Below, piece by piece: positions 21,352 through 31,331 of a DNA stretch of 64,000 bases. Positions within the stretch are counted from its first letter, which is position 1; the number at the start of each line of letters is the position of its first letter. A model generated the notes under the pieces. That model made no database searches and was not told where the DNA came from. It was given only the letters and a program-made list of their open reading frames with translations. A program made the position numbers and the translations under genes. The stretch is from Thermoplasmata archaeon. GTDB taxonomy: Archaea; Thermoplasmatota; Thermoplasmata; Lutacidiplasmatales; UBA184. The stretch covers positions 217-64,216 of the forward strand of contig JAJZYB010000007.1 of assembly GCA_021806135.1 (NCBI GenBank). Direction: 5' to 3'.

Positions 21352-22353
21352 TCAGACCGGCGGGTTGGGGCCTTCCACGGCCCGGCAGACCCCCACGAGC
21401 CTCTCGTTCGGCGGGATCACCACCCCCGGGCCGAGGATGGAATCCTTGACCGAAGCACCCGGACCGATCTTCACATCGTCCAGGATCACGGAGTTCTCCA
21501 CCCGGGCGTCCCGGTCCAGGTGCACGTTCCGTCCGAGGGTCACGTAACGTCCCACGATGGCCCCCGCCCCGGAGGAACCCGCTCCCACGGCGACGGGGGG
21601 GATGACCTGGGCCCCTTCGAGTCGGCTGGGAGGGGGCAACCGGTCGGTCCTGGGGTGGTCGAAGAGGAGCGCCTGGGCGTTGAGCAGCCGCGCCGGGGTG
21701 CCCGCATCCTCCCACCAGGCACGGTAGCGCATCCCGAGGACCTTCCGGGGCAGCAGGCCGGGGAGGACCTCCTTCTCCAAGCTGACGGCGACCCCCGCCG
21801 GGATGGCCTCGAGCATCTCCCGATGCCAGAGGGAGACCCCGGCATTGATCCACCGGCTGGGGGCGGATTCCCGGGGGGGTTTCTCCACGAACTCGACGAT
21901 CCGTCCGGAGGGATCGAAGCGGGCCACCCCGTACGGCGAGGGGTCCTCCACCTCGACGAACCCCATGATCCCGAGCCCGCCCTCGGTCCCGAGGGTCTGG
22001 GAGAGGGGCTCCAGGTCAAAGCCGGCGATCACGTCCCCGTTCAGGAGGTAGAACGGGTCGGTGGCCTCGAGGGCCACGTTCTTGAGCCCGCCCCCCGTGC
22101 CCAGCGGCGTCGTTTCCCGCACCAGCTTCACCGGACGCGGGTACGGGTGGGCTTCCAGGTAGGACTCGAACACCTCCGACTTGTAGCCGCAGGCGAGCAC
22201 GATCCGGTCCACCTCGGGGGGCAGGAGGTCGAGCGCATGATAGAGGATCGGTCTTCCGGCGACCGGGATGAGCTGCTTGGGGACGCTGTAGGTCACCGGC
22301 CGAAGACGGGTCCCGAACCCTCCCACCAGCACCACCCCGGTGACCCCGCTCAT
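21352..22353 (-). CDS. NDP-sugar synthase (mannose-1-P guanylyltransferase-like) with C-terminal beta-helix
   Basis: GGFGTRLRP..PK, PLGTGG, NGD, FVEKP, INAG and hexapeptide repeats. Confidence 0.92.
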   Translation of the reverse strand: MSGVTGVVLVGGFGTRLRPVTYSVPKQLIPVAGRPILYHALDLLPPEVDRIVLACGYKSEVFESYLEAHPYPRPVKLVRETTPLGTGGGLKNVALEATDPFYLLNGDVIAGFDLEPLSQTLGTEGGLGIMGFVEVEDPSPYGVARFDPSGRIVEFVEKPPRESAPSRWINAGVSLWHREMLEAIPAGVAVSLEKEVLPGLLPRKVLGMRYRAWWEDAGTPARLLNAQALLFDHPRTDRLPPPSRLEGAQVIPPVAVGAGSSGAGAIVGRYVTLGRNVHLDRDARVENSVILDDVKIGPGASVKDSILGPGVVIPPNERLVGVCRAVEGPNPPV

Positions 22354-22466
22354 GATCGGATTCGCTCCTCCGGCCGGAGGAGGCGCTGGGCCTCTTGACC
22401 CTTCACCGAGGGAGGGCTGGGGCTCCACAGCCATCCTTAAGAATCGGCCGACACCTCGCGGGGAAC

Positions 22467-22799
22467 ATGAGCGAAAGGTCCGCCGGTCATCCCCGGGGCG
22501 ATGCCGGGCACCCGGGCTCCAGCCTGAAGGGTTCGGCCATCCCGGTGGGCTGCGGCATGGAGGGGTGCCACGAGACGACCCAACTGCGCTTCGTCGGCCC
22601 CTCCCCTTTCGAGGCCTTCCGCTTCGACGAGGAGGGATGGACCGTCGTCGAGGACATGGACGATGGGCGGACGGTCTTCCTCTGCCCCGCCTGCACCGAG
22701 GCGTTCGAAGAGGAGATGGAGGAGGAGGATGAGGAGGAGGACGAGGACGAAGAGGACGAGGAGGCGGAACTGGAAGGTCCCGCCGGGAAGGGCCCCTAA
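22467..22799 (+). CDS. Small putative Zn-binding protein with poly-acidic tail
   Basis: CGMEGC...CPAC followed by about 25 E/D residues; host-like codon usage; divergent from the NDP-sugar synthase across a cttaag box. Confidence 0.7.
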   Translation: MSERSAGHPRGDAGHPGSSLKGSAIPVGCGMEGCHETTQLRFVGPSPFEAFRFDEEGWTVVEDMDDGRTVFLCPACTEAFEEEMEEEDEEEDEDEEDEEAELEGPAGKGP

Positions 22800-22880
22800 C
22801 CTTTCCCCGTCCGGACGGGTCCCCTTCCTCTCCTTCCCGGCATCCCCCCGCTCCGCTGTCCCCTTCGGGAGCACGGCGCC

Positions 22881-23687
22881 GTGCTGATCTCCCCGGAGCT
22901 GAGGCCCCTGCTCCTGCGGGAGGCCCGGGCCCTGCCCCTGCTCTTTGGAGGCTACGCCGTGGAGTGGCCGGGCGGCACCCTCGTGGTGAACGAGCGGGTG
23001 CCGGCAAGCCGCTTCAACTTCGTCCAGGACGTGCGTCTCGGTCCGGGGCGGATCCTCGCCTTCGTGGAGAAGGCGCTGGAGCACTATTACCAACGCGCCC
23101 TGCGGCCCACCTTCGAGCTTCCGCACGACCTGCCGCAGCCCGGGACGGTCCGGGCCCTGGCCGAGGCCGGCTACGCCTCCCTGGGGACGGATCGGTCCCG
23201 GGAGGTCCTGCTCCGGGAGGAGGGAGAGCTCCCGCCACCGGACCTGCGCTACCGGGTCGGCCCCGTGTCGGAGGAGGACCAGCGCACCTTCCTCGGCTTT
23301 TTCGCAGAACCCCGCCACCAGATGGAACTGAACCGGTATCTCGAGGAGGACGTCTCCCACCCCCATCCGGGGGAGCGGACGGTCCCGTACCTGGCCTGGC
23401 GGGGGGACGACCCGGTGGCCGTGGCCCTCTTCCACGAGGAAGGCCCGGTGCGGGGGATCCACGCCGTGGCCACCGAGCCCCGGTACCGGGGTCAGGGGGC
23501 GGCCTCGGGGCTCGTCACCGAGATCCTCCGGACGGAATCCCGTCCCCCCGCCCGTCGATGGGTCCTGGTCCGCGAGGGGCCCGGCGTTCCGGAACCCCTC
23601 CGCCCGCTGGGCTTCAACAGCGCCCTTTCGTTCGAGACCTACGGGCTTGCGGCCCACCCCCACCCTCCGGAGAGGGCTCCGGGATGA
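22881..23687 (+). CDS. GNAT family N-acetyltransferase
   Basis: GIHAVATEPRYRGQGAAS...LGF. Confidence 0.75.
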   Translation: MLISPELRPLLLREARALPLLFGGYAVEWPGGTLVVNERVPASRFNFVQDVRLGPGRILAFVEKALEHYYQRALRPTFELPHDLPQPGTVRALAEAGYASLGTDRSREVLLREEGELPPPDLRYRVGPVSEEDQRTFLGFFAEPRHQMELNRYLEEDVSHPHPGERTVPYLAWRGDDPVAVALFHEEGPVRGIHAVATEPRYRGQGAASGLVTEILRTESRPPARRWVLVREGPGVPEPLRPLGFNSALSFETYGLAAHPHPPERAPG

Positions 23688-23707
23688 AAGGGGGCCTTCC
23701 CCGAGCT

Positions 23708-24919
23708 TCAGGGCAGTGGCACGGGGCGGTCCCGGCCGGTGGGGGTCTTGGACCAGCCGAAGAAGTGCACGTAGAGGAAGATGTTCCCGAAGACGGCGGC
23801 GGCGTAACCGAGGAAAGGGACGGAGAGGGCCAGATTGTCCACCGCCCAGCCGGAGAAGGCGGTGGCTCCTCCGGCCGAAGCGACCCGGGTGGCCTGATTG
23901 GCGCCGCTTCCCTCCGCCCGGTCCTCCGGCGGGAGCATGCCCATCATGGCCGAGGTCTGGGTGGGGAGGGCCACCACCCGAAGGGCGGGGAGCGCCAGGT
24001 AGATGGCCACCGAGACCGGGAAGATCCGCAGGAAGGGGAGCAGGACCGCGAGGACCGCTCCGGTCCCCCGGGTGTACGAAAGGCTCGGGACGAACCCCCA
24101 ATGTCGTTCCAAGAGCGGTGAGAAGAGCAGGGCCACCGTGGCCGAGACCCCGCTCGCGGCCGCGTAGAGGGACATCTCCCCTGCCGGCAGATGGTAGACT
24201 AAGACGAAGAAGGGCACCAGGAACGGGGTGATGAGCCCCTGGGAGACCCCGTTGAGGATCCCCGTGGCGCTGAACTTCCGGATGACCCGACGGGAGCCGG
24301 TGGTGGGGCGGTGGCCCCGGCGGATCTGTCGGATCTCCACCGGGATGGTGATGCCCAGGGCCGCCACCGAGAGCACCAGGCCCAGAGGGAAGAGCCGTCC
24401 GAGCGGCACCACCGCGACCAGGAGGGCACCCAACGCCGAGCTCAGACCGTTCACGAAGGCGAGGATGCTCAGCCACCGGGTCCGTTCCAGGGGGGGGACC
24501 AGATCCGCCACCAGGGCGGTCTGGAAGGGCTGGACGGCGCCCCCCACCCCGCCGCCGGCGAGCGATCCGGTCGCGCTGAAGCCCCCCAGGGCGGCGCCGA
24601 GCGCGACCAGAACGAAGCTCCCGGGGAAGGAGAGGAGGAGGCAGGAGACGGGGAGGAGGGAGAGGGCGAGGAAGTACCCCCACCGCTGGTGGTAGCGGCT
24701 CCCGAAGCGCCCCAGGCTGAAGGCGAGCAGAGCGGTGGAGAACCCCCCGCCGGCGTAGAGGAGCCCCAGGACGGTGACGCTCTCATGGAGCTGGGTGAGG
24801 ATGAGGTAGGGAAACGCGAGGTTGAGGAAGCCGGCGGCCAGGCTACGGATGACCCGGCTCGTGGTGAGGAGCGCGAGCGAGCGTTTCCACCGGGGGAAGG
24901 GGGAGACGGTGGGGTCCAA
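23708..24919 (-). CDS. MFS transporter
   Basis: About 12 TM helices; GGFSATGSLAGGGVGGAVQP. The start is uncertain (TTG 24919, or ACG 24967 after a GGAGGTGA box). Confidence 0.85.
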   Translation of the reverse strand: MDPTVSPFPRWKRSLALLTTSRVIRSLAAGFLNLAFPYLILTQLHESVTVLGLLYAGGGFSTALLAFSLGRFGSRYHQRWGYFLALSLLPVSCLLLSFPGSFVLVALGAALGGFSATGSLAGGGVGGAVQPFQTALVADLVPPLERTRWLSILAFVNGLSSALGALLVAVVPLGRLFPLGLVLSVAALGITIPVEIRQIRRGHRPTTGSRRVIRKFSATGILNGVSQGLITPFLVPFFVLVYHLPAGEMSLYAAASGVSATVALLFSPLLERHWGFVPSLSYTRGTGAVLAVLLPFLRIFPVSVAIYLALPALRVVALPTQTSAMMGMLPPEDRAEGSGANQATRVASAGGATAFSGWAVDNLALSVPFLGYAAAVFGNIFLYVHFFGWSKTPTGRDRPVPLP

Positions 24920-25061
24920 GAGGGTCTCTGGAAGGCCCGGGGGTCTCTCGGGGTCCGTGGTGGTCGTTCGCTCACCTCCTAGGTCCGTCCACCGGATGGG
25001 GGGGCCCGTGGAGCGGCCGGTCGACCAGAAGCCGCTCCCCTTAAGACCCGGCGGACCGGGC

Positions 25062-25811
25062 TCAGAAGGAGAACCACGGCAGGCGGGCGGCCGGGGACTG
25101 GGGCTGGGCGATGAGCTCGTGGAGCGAGCCCCCCTGGTCGCCCGGGGCGTAGCCGTGCCGCTGGGCCAGCTGGTAGAGCAGGAAGAGGGCGTCCTCTGTG
25201 CTCTCCACCCCGAGCGAGCCCTCCAGGTCCACCAGGAGGGTCCCCTTGAGCTCCCGGACCATCCCCGGCAGGTCCACGGTGAATCCCTCCTCCCCGCCTT
25301 CTGCCTTGGAGCGCTGGGCCAGGCCGAGGAGGGTCCCCGTGGCGAGGGTGAGCAGTTCCGGGCCGCTGACCCGGTGGCGTTCCCAGCGCCAGTGGGTCCG
25401 AGGGTCGACCGGGGAGCCCGGAGACCGGACCAGGATCCGGACGAAGAAGCGGGCGAACGGGTCGGGCCGGGCGGAGCCCTGGGTGAGCCCTTCCACCACC
25501 CGTCGTGCGTCCTCGTCCCCGTCCACGACCAGGATCGAACCCCAGGGCGGGGAGGCCTGGGCGGACCGGAGGCCCCGGGACCAGCGGGCGAGGAGGGCGG
25601 AAGGGCCCTCCGGGGGAGCGGCCCGGTCCTTGAGGGAGGAGAAGACCGGGAGGGGCCGCCCGGGAAAGCCGGGGGTACGGACCCAGAAGTCCGCCTCCGG
25701 GACGGGGCGACCGGCACGGGGGGAATCGGGGCGGTATCCCATCCCCTCCAGCACGCGTTGGACCCCGGGCCGCTCGCTCGGGGCAGGGTTCGCGGGGGGG
25801 TTCCTGGGCAT
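25062..25811 (-). CDS. Conserved hypothetical protein
   Basis: 249 aa ORF with host-like codon usage and a cttaaa box about 25 bp upstream. Confidence 0.65.
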   Translation of the reverse strand: MPRNPPANPAPSERPGVQRVLEGMGYRPDSPRAGRPVPEADFWVRTPGFPGRPLPVFSSLKDRAAPPEGPSALLARWSRGLRSAQASPPWGSILVVDGDEDARRVVEGLTQGSARPDPFARFFVRILVRSPGSPVDPRTHWRWERHRVSGPELLTLATGTLLGLAQRSKAEGGEEGFTVDLPGMVRELKGTLLVDLEGSLGVESTEDALFLLYQLAQRHGYAPGDQGGSLHELIAQPQSPAARLPWFSF

Positions 25812-25882
25812 GCGGCCACGGAGCGCGTCCGGGGTTTAAGGTTCCGGGGAACCCCGGGGTAGCGGGAGGGGAGCGAGGGTGT

Positions 25883-26860
25883 TCAGCGGAAGGGCAGGCG
25901 GTAGGCGAGCCAGTTCACGACCATGGCGAGGGCCACCCCGGTCAGGTAGAGCCCCGAGAAGATGAAACTGCGGAGCGCGACCGGTCGCTCCACGCTCCGC
26001 AGGAGCCCCGCCAGGAGGTAGGTGAACCAGAACCCCAGCGCCAGGGCGAGGGCCAGGAAGACCGCGTAGTCCCGCAGCAGGAATCCGAAGGCCACCGTGG
26101 GCAGGAGGAGGAGGGCCCCGGAGTAGAAGGTGATCCGGCCGGAGCGCAGCAGTTCCCCCGGGGCGGGGAGCATGGGGAGCTGGGCGCGCTCGTAGTCGTC
26201 CTTGAGGGCGAGGGCCAGGGACCAGAAGTGCGGCGGGGTCCAGAGGAAGACCAAGACCGCAAGGAGGATGCCCGCCGGGTTGAACGATCCCACGGCGGCC
26301 GCGCAGCCGGCGAGGACCGGCGCGCTCCCCGCGTATCCGCCGATGACGATGTTCCAGCGTGTCCGGCGCTTCAGCCAGATGGTGTAGACCCCCACGTAGA
26401 CGAGGGTGCCCGAGGCCAGGGCGAGGAAGGAGAGCAGCGGGAGCCACCAGGCGGCGAGGCCCCATCCCAGGGCGGTGATGCCCAGTCCGAAGGAGAGGAC
26501 CTCCCGGGCCGAGAGCCGGTCGGAGGGGAGCGGCCGGAACCGGGTCCGGCGCATGAGGACATCCAGGTCCCGGTCATACCAGTGGTTGAGCGCGGCGGCC
26601 CCGGCGGAGGCGAGGGCGCCGGCGACCAAGAGTTCCGCCAGGCGAAGCCAATCGGCCGGGTAGGTGGGGTCCCCGGCGAAGAACCCCGCCACGGCCATGA
26701 GCAGGATGAGCCCGGTGATCCCGGGCTTGGTGAGGGCGAGGTAGGCCGAAGCGCGGGAGGGCACCTTCCTCTCCGGTCCCTCTGCCCGGGGCTCCGGGGG
26801 CCGCTCGATCGGGCGGTCCGGCCGGCCCGGCTCAGGGACCGGTGGCGCGGATGGCATCAT
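25883..26860 (-). CDS. ctaB: Protoheme IX farnesyltransferase (heme O synthase)
   Basis: LTKP, NHWYDRDLD.MRRT..RP, YTIWLKR, WTPPHFW, DY....PMLP. Confidence 0.96.
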   Translation of the reverse strand: MMPSAPPVPEPGRPDRPIERPPEPRAEGPERKVPSRASAYLALTKPGITGLILLMAVAGFFAGDPTYPADWLRLAELLVAGALASAGAAALNHWYDRDLDVLMRRTRFRPLPSDRLSAREVLSFGLGITALGWGLAAWWLPLLSFLALASGTLVYVGVYTIWLKRRTRWNIVIGGYAGSAPVLAGCAAAVGSFNPAGILLAVLVFLWTPPHFWSLALALKDDYERAQLPMLPAPGELLRSGRITFYSGALLLLPTVAFGFLLRDYAVFLALALALGFWFTYLLAGLLRSVERPVALRSFIFSGLYLTGVALAMVVNWLAYRLPFR

Positions 26861-27374
26861 CCTCCCCGAAGAGGCTCACGCGCCAGCGGGGGGGAAGGTG
26901 GGGGTAGTTCACCAGGAGGGCCACCACCAGGATCACGGCGAAGAGGAGGACGGCCACGGCGAGGTGGAGGATCACCACGATCGGGTCCGCCTGGGTGAAG
27001 ATGATGACGCCGCCGAGGGCCGCCTGGAGGACCACCAGCCCCAGGGAGAGCGCTCCGAGGCGCCGGACCACCCGGCGACCCGGTTCGTAGGCCAGCACCA
27101 GGGCCAGCAGGGTGAGGATGAGGGCGGAGAGGGTGAGCGCGGCCAGCCGGTGGGAGAACTCGGCCACGACCTCGCTGGTCAGGGTGACCGGGAGAAGCCC
27201 GGTGCCGTTGCAGGTGGGCCAGCTCGGGCAGGCCAGGCTCGCGTTCGACGCGGTCACGTCGGCCCCGATGACGATGGTCACGTAGGTCCAGAGGGCCGTG
27301 ATGACGGAGACGATGCGTACCCACCGGTGGCCCCGGGGATGGGGGACGTGGGGAGTGGGGGCGCTCTCGGTCAT
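26832..27374 (-). CDS. ctaA: Short single-module heme A synthase (COX15/CtaA)
   Basis: [23 protein letters not shown]; four TM helices; ATGA-coupled to coxI. Confidence 0.88.
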   Translation of the reverse strand: MTESAPTPHVPHPRGHRWVRIVSVITALWTYVTIVIGADVTASNASLACPSWPTCNGTGLLPVTLTSEVVAEFSHRLAALTLSALILTLLALVLAYEPGRRVVRRLGALSLGLVVLQAALGGVIIFTQADPIVVILHLAVAVLLFAVILVVALLVNYPHLPPRWRVSLFGEDDAIRATGP

Positions 27375-29626
27375 GCCCACGGGTCCTCCGAGGCCGGGGT
27401 CCCCCGGTAGCGGCTCATCACCATGTTGAAGACGAAGAAGAGCTGGGCGATGCCGAAGATCGCCGCCCCGATGGTGGAGAGCAGGTTCAGCTGGGCGAAG
27501 TTCAGTCCGATGGGGGTGGAGAGGCCCGGGATGTAGGAGTACACCCGTCGGGGCATCCCGCCCATGCCCAGGAAGAACATGGGGAAGAGCAGCATGTTCG
27601 CCCCCACGTAGCTCAGGACGAAGTGCCAGTTGGCGAGCTCCTGGTTGTACCAGCGCTTGGTGACGATGGGGTAGAGGAAGTAGATGCCGGCGAAGGAGGC
27701 CATGAGGGTCCCCCCGAGGAGGGTGTAGTGGAAGTGGGCCACCACGAAGTAGGTGGCGTGGGCCAGGTAGTCGATGGGGATGGACCCGAGCATGACGCCG
27801 GAGAGCCCCCCGATGAGGAACATGGTGAAGAAGGCGATGAGGAACCAGGTGGGGGTCTCCAGCCGGACGGACCCGCCCCACAGGGTCCCCAGCCAGTTGA
27901 ACATCTTCACCCCGGTGGGGACGGCGATGGCCATGGTGGTGAGCATGAAGGTGAACCGGACGTCGGTGGCCTCCCCGGTGGTGAACATGTGGTGCTGCCA
28001 GACCACGAAGCCCAGGATCCCGATGGCGGCGATGGACAGCGCCATGGCGGTGTAGCCGAAGATGTGCCGGCGGACCATCTTCGGGAGGATGGTGGAGACG
28101 ATCCCGAAGGCCGGCAGGATGAGGATGTAGACCTCCGGGTGCCCGAAGAACCAGAAGAGGTTCTGGTACATGAGCGGGCCTCCCAGCGGGGAACCGTTCA
28201 CGGCGTAGGTGAAGTGGGTCCCGAAGTTCCGGTCGGAGAGGATCATGGAGAGGGCCACGGAGAGGGAGGGCATGGCGGCGAGGACCAGGAAGCTGTTGAT
28301 GAAGACCGACCAGACGAAGATGGGCATGTTCCAGTAGGTCACGCCCGGGGCCTTGTGCTTGATGACGGTGACGATGAAGTTCACCGCGCCGAGGATGGAG
28401 GAGACGGAGAGGATGTGGAGTCCCGCGACCCAGAGGTCGATCCCGTGCCCGGGTTCCAGGGTGGCCAGCGGCACGTACCCCGTCCAGCCGGCATTGGCGT
28501 TGGACAGCACCAGGATGATGGCCGCGGGGGGGAGGAGCCAGAAGGCCAGGTTGTTGATCCGGGGCATGGCCATGTCCTTCGACCCGATCATGGTGGGGAG
28601 CAGGTAGTTGCCGAACCCGCTCATCAGCGGCATGATGGCCAGGAAGATCATGATCGTCCCGTGCTCGGTGAAGAGCGTGGAGTACATGTCCGCGGAGATG
28701 CCGATCTGGGAGGCGGCGATCCCCAGGGCCGGGATCCCCAGGTCCGCCCGGATGAGGATGGCGTAGACGCCTCCCACGAAGAACATCAAGAAAGCGAAGA
28801 CGATGTACATCAGTCCGATGTCCTTGTGGTCCGTGGTCACCAGCCAGCGGAGCACGTGGCGGCGGAACCAGTACGGGAGCGGGCGGCTGCGGGCGACCTT
28901 CTGGTAGGCCAGGTCCCGGGACCGGTGGAGCACGTCCAGGACGTGGAAGAGGAGCCCGCCGCCGAGCGCCATGAAGGCGATGGCGAAGCCGAAGGTGCTC
29001 TCCACCCCGGGCGTGGTCAGCGGGGGAAGGGTGAGGATGAAGCCCGCGAGCACCCCTTCGCCGGCGAGGACCAAGACCACTCCGGCGATGTAGTAGTCCA
29101 GTTTACGGCTGATGCCCTCGGGGACCTCCTCGCCGGAGGGGTAGCTCACCACGCCGGCATAGGCGATGAACACCCCCGCCGCGAAGGGGATGAGCCCCAC
29201 CGCCCCCAGGGTGCCCTGGACGGAACCGGTCACCGTGACCTGGATGGGCCCGGTCAACGGGCTCGAGCTGTTCACGTAGAAGTACTGGCCCGGGGCGAGG
29301 TCCATCTGGAATCCGTTCGACTCCCCGGCGAGGACGGCGATCCGTGGGCCCAGGGTGCTGCAGCTCGGGTCGGTGCCGCAGGAGAAGACCTGGATGACGG
29401 AGTTGTTGGTGCTCCCGACCCAGCTGACGTTGTAGACCACGTCCTGGCTCAGGCCGTAGGGGGTGCTGTAGCCCACCACCTGGGAGGGGTTGATCGGTTG
29501 CGGTCCGCTGGAACCGGCAGGGGCTCCGGTGATCACGAAGCTCCACGTGGGGCTGGCCGGCGAGACCACCAGGGCGCCTCCGATGACGAGGAGCACGAGC
29601 CCGAGCACCAACAGACCTCTTCGCAT
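27371..29626 (-). CDS. coxA: Heme-copper oxidase subunit I, A1 type, with about 260 aa N-terminal extension
   Basis: [52 protein letters not shown]. Confidence 0.96.
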   Translation of the reverse strand: MRRGLLVLGLVLLVIGGALVVSPASPTWSFVITGAPAGSSGPQPINPSQVVGYSTPYGLSQDVVYNVSWVGSTNNSVIQVFSCGTDPSCSTLGPRIAVLAGESNGFQMDLAPGQYFYVNSSSPLTGPIQVTVTGSVQGTLGAVGLIPFAAGVFIAYAGVVSYPSGEEVPEGISRKLDYYIAGVVLVLAGEGVLAGFILTLPPLTTPGVESTFGFAIAFMALGGGLLFHVLDVLHRSRDLAYQKVARSRPLPYWFRRHVLRWLVTTDHKDIGLMYIVFAFLMFFVGGVYAILIRADLGIPALGIAASQIGISADMYSTLFTEHGTIMIFLAIMPLMSGFGNYLLPTMIGSKDMAMPRINNLAFWLLPPAAIILVLSNANAGWTGYVPLATLEPGHGIDLWVAGLHILSVSSILGAVNFIVTVIKHKAPGVTYWNMPIFVWSVFINSFLVLAAMPSLSVALSMILSDRNFGTHFTYAVNGSPLGGPLMYQNLFWFFGHPEVYILILPAFGIVSTILPKMVRRHIFGYTAMALSIAAIGILGFVVWQHHMFTTGEATDVRFTFMLTTMAIAVPTGVKMFNWLGTLWGGSVRLETPTWFLIAFFTMFLIGGLSGVMLGSIPIDYLAHATYFVVAHFHYTLLGGTLMASFAGIYFLYPIVTKRWYNQELANWHFVLSYVGANMLLFPMFFLGMGGMPRRVYSYIPGLSTPIGLNFAQLNLLSTIGAAIFGIAQLFFVFNMVMSRYRGTPASEDPWA

Positions 29627-29632
29627 GGCTCC

Positions 29633-29908
29633 TCACTCGAACAGCCGGATGCGGCGGGAGAGCGGGTTACGGAGCCGGTCCAACCGGTAGACCACCCCGA
29701 GGGTGAGGTAGAGGAAGAAGACGAAGCCCACGCTGCCGAGGATCCCCAGGGGGAGCATGAGGGCGACGGCGCCTCCCCCCAGGGCGGAGGCGAAGGCCTC
29801 GGCCCCGGCGATCCCCGAGGCCATCCCCGATAGCGCGAGCAGGGTGAGGACGACCCAGATCACCCAGGTGCGGACCCGGGGGGGGTTCGCCGGCCCCTCA
29901 GCTCCCAC
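29633..29908 (-). CDS. Small two-TM membrane protein in the respiratory operon
   Basis: Two hydrophobic helices; overlaps the cytochrome b stop and ends 6 bp before coxI. Confidence 0.75.
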   Translation of the reverse strand: MGAEGPANPPRVRTWVIWVVLTLLALSGMASGIAGAEAFASALGGGAVALMLPLGILGSVGFVFFLYLTLGVVYRLDRLRNPLSRRIRLFE

Positions 29909-31313
29909 GGGCGGACACCTCCTGGGGAGGCGACGCCGTCGGGCGCGGGGCGGGGAGGGAGCCCACCGGTGCGGGGGGGCCTCCCGGGGCGGGGCTCTTC
30001 GCCCGGAGTTCCCGGGCGAGCATCCGCCGGCGGTAGTTGGCCTTGTACAGCGGATAGAGGATCATCAGCGGGATCGCATTCGCGGCCACCAGGATCCCCA
30101 GGTAGCTCCCGTAGATCGTGGCCGGGATCTGCACGCCGGGCATGATGCCGCCCCAGATGGTCATGAGCACGAAGAACGAGACCAGGAAGTTCCCCACGAA
30201 GACCATGACCGGCCGGTCCCGGGGGTGGCGACGCTTGCCCCCGTCGAGCCAGGGCAGGATCTGGACGATCCAGGGGAGGAAGAGGATGAAGAGCAACAGC
30301 GCCGTGACCGAGCCCACCGCGACCACGGGGGTCACGTACTGGAAGTCGGCCATCTTGTAGAGCCAGAGGAAGTACCAGTCCGGCTCGGGGGAGGCGGCCC
30401 CCGCGGTGGAGCCGTAGTAGACGGGGAGCTGCCAGGGCCAGGCCGCGGCGATGAGGAAGAGGAGCCCCACGTAGAAGAGGGCCCACTTGGTCATGTAGAA
30501 GAAGACCCGGGGGAAGAAGCGTCCGAGCTTCCGGTCGTCGTGCTCGGTGAACTTGTTCTTCGCCCGGGGGTCGCTGGTGGCCCGGGGGGCGATCCCGTGG
30601 CTCTCGAAGAGGGAGAGGTGCGCGTAGAGCAGCCCGGCCAGGGCGAGGGGGATCACCACCACGTGGAGGGCGAACATCCGGGAGAGGAGGCCCTGGGTGG
30701 TCCCGTCGGAGATGAGGAGCCGGGCGGCGAGCGGCCCCAAGGTGGGGACGGAGAGGGTGAGGGAGATCCCCACGTCGGTGGCCCCCACGCTGAGCGCGGT
30801 GAAGGGGAGCAGGTAGCCGGTGAACCCCATGCCCAGCATGGTCACCAGGAGTAGGGTCCCGACCATCCAGGAGAGTTCGCGGGGGGGCTTGTACACCCCC
30901 GTGTAGAACCCCCGGAAGAAGTGGACGAAGGCCAGGAAGATGGTGGCGTACGCCCCGTAGAGGTGCGAGGAGAGCAAGAGCCAGCCCATGGGGACGCTGG
31001 TGATGATGTAGTTGGTGGAGGCCCAGGCCTCGGGAGTCCCCCCGGGCCCGGTGAGCGCGGCGGAGGGGATGTAGTAGAGCAAGAGGAGCAGTCCCGTGAC
31101 CACCTGGACCAGGAAGGCCGTGGCCACGAAGGCGCCGGTCCAGTACGAGGCGTTGAAACTGAAGGCGGGCTGCGGACGAAGCGCCCAGGTCTTCACCCCG
31201 GCCCGGTCCTCCACGAAGTCCCAGATCCGGTCCAGGGAGCGGTTCATGGGGGAGCGCCAGGGTGGGGGTGCGCTGCCCGGGGGGGGGGGAGGTCCGGAGG
31301 GTTCGTTCGCCAT
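29898..31313 (-). CDS. Cytochrome b of a Rieske/cytochrome b complex (unsplit)
   Basis: Heme His pairs SSH...VH and LH...AH, GYLLP, PEPDWYFL (PEWY variant). Confidence 0.95.
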   Translation of the reverse strand: MANEPSGPPPPPGSAPPPWRSPMNRSLDRIWDFVEDRAGVKTWALRPQPAFSFNASYWTGAFVATAFLVQVVTGLLLLLYYIPSAALTGPGGTPEAWASTNYIITSVPMGWLLLSSHLYGAYATIFLAFVHFFRGFYTGVYKPPRELSWMVGTLLLVTMLGMGFTGYLLPFTALSVGATDVGISLTLSVPTLGPLAARLLISDGTTQGLLSRMFALHVVVIPLALAGLLYAHLSLFESHGIAPRATSDPRAKNKFTEHDDRKLGRFFPRVFFYMTKWALFYVGLLFLIAAAWPWQLPVYYGSTAGAASPEPDWYFLWLYKMADFQYVTPVVAVGSVTALLLFILFLPWIVQILPWLDGGKRRHPRDRPVMVFVGNFLVSFFVLMTIWGGIMPGVQIPATIYGSYLGILVAANAIPLMILYPLYKANYRRRMLARELRAKSPAPGGPPAPVGSLPAPRPTASPPQEVSARGS

Positions 31314-31331
31314 CCTGTTCTTTGCGCCTCC

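Noticed and set aside
22708-22770. GAG/GAC trinucleotide-like repeat
   Set aside because: It encodes a poly-acidic protein tail and is not a DNA repeat element.
23708-25819. 703-aa MFS ORF as given in the track
   Set aside because: The N-terminal 280 aa or so is a shadow of the 25062-25811 gene; the MFS begins near 24919-24967.
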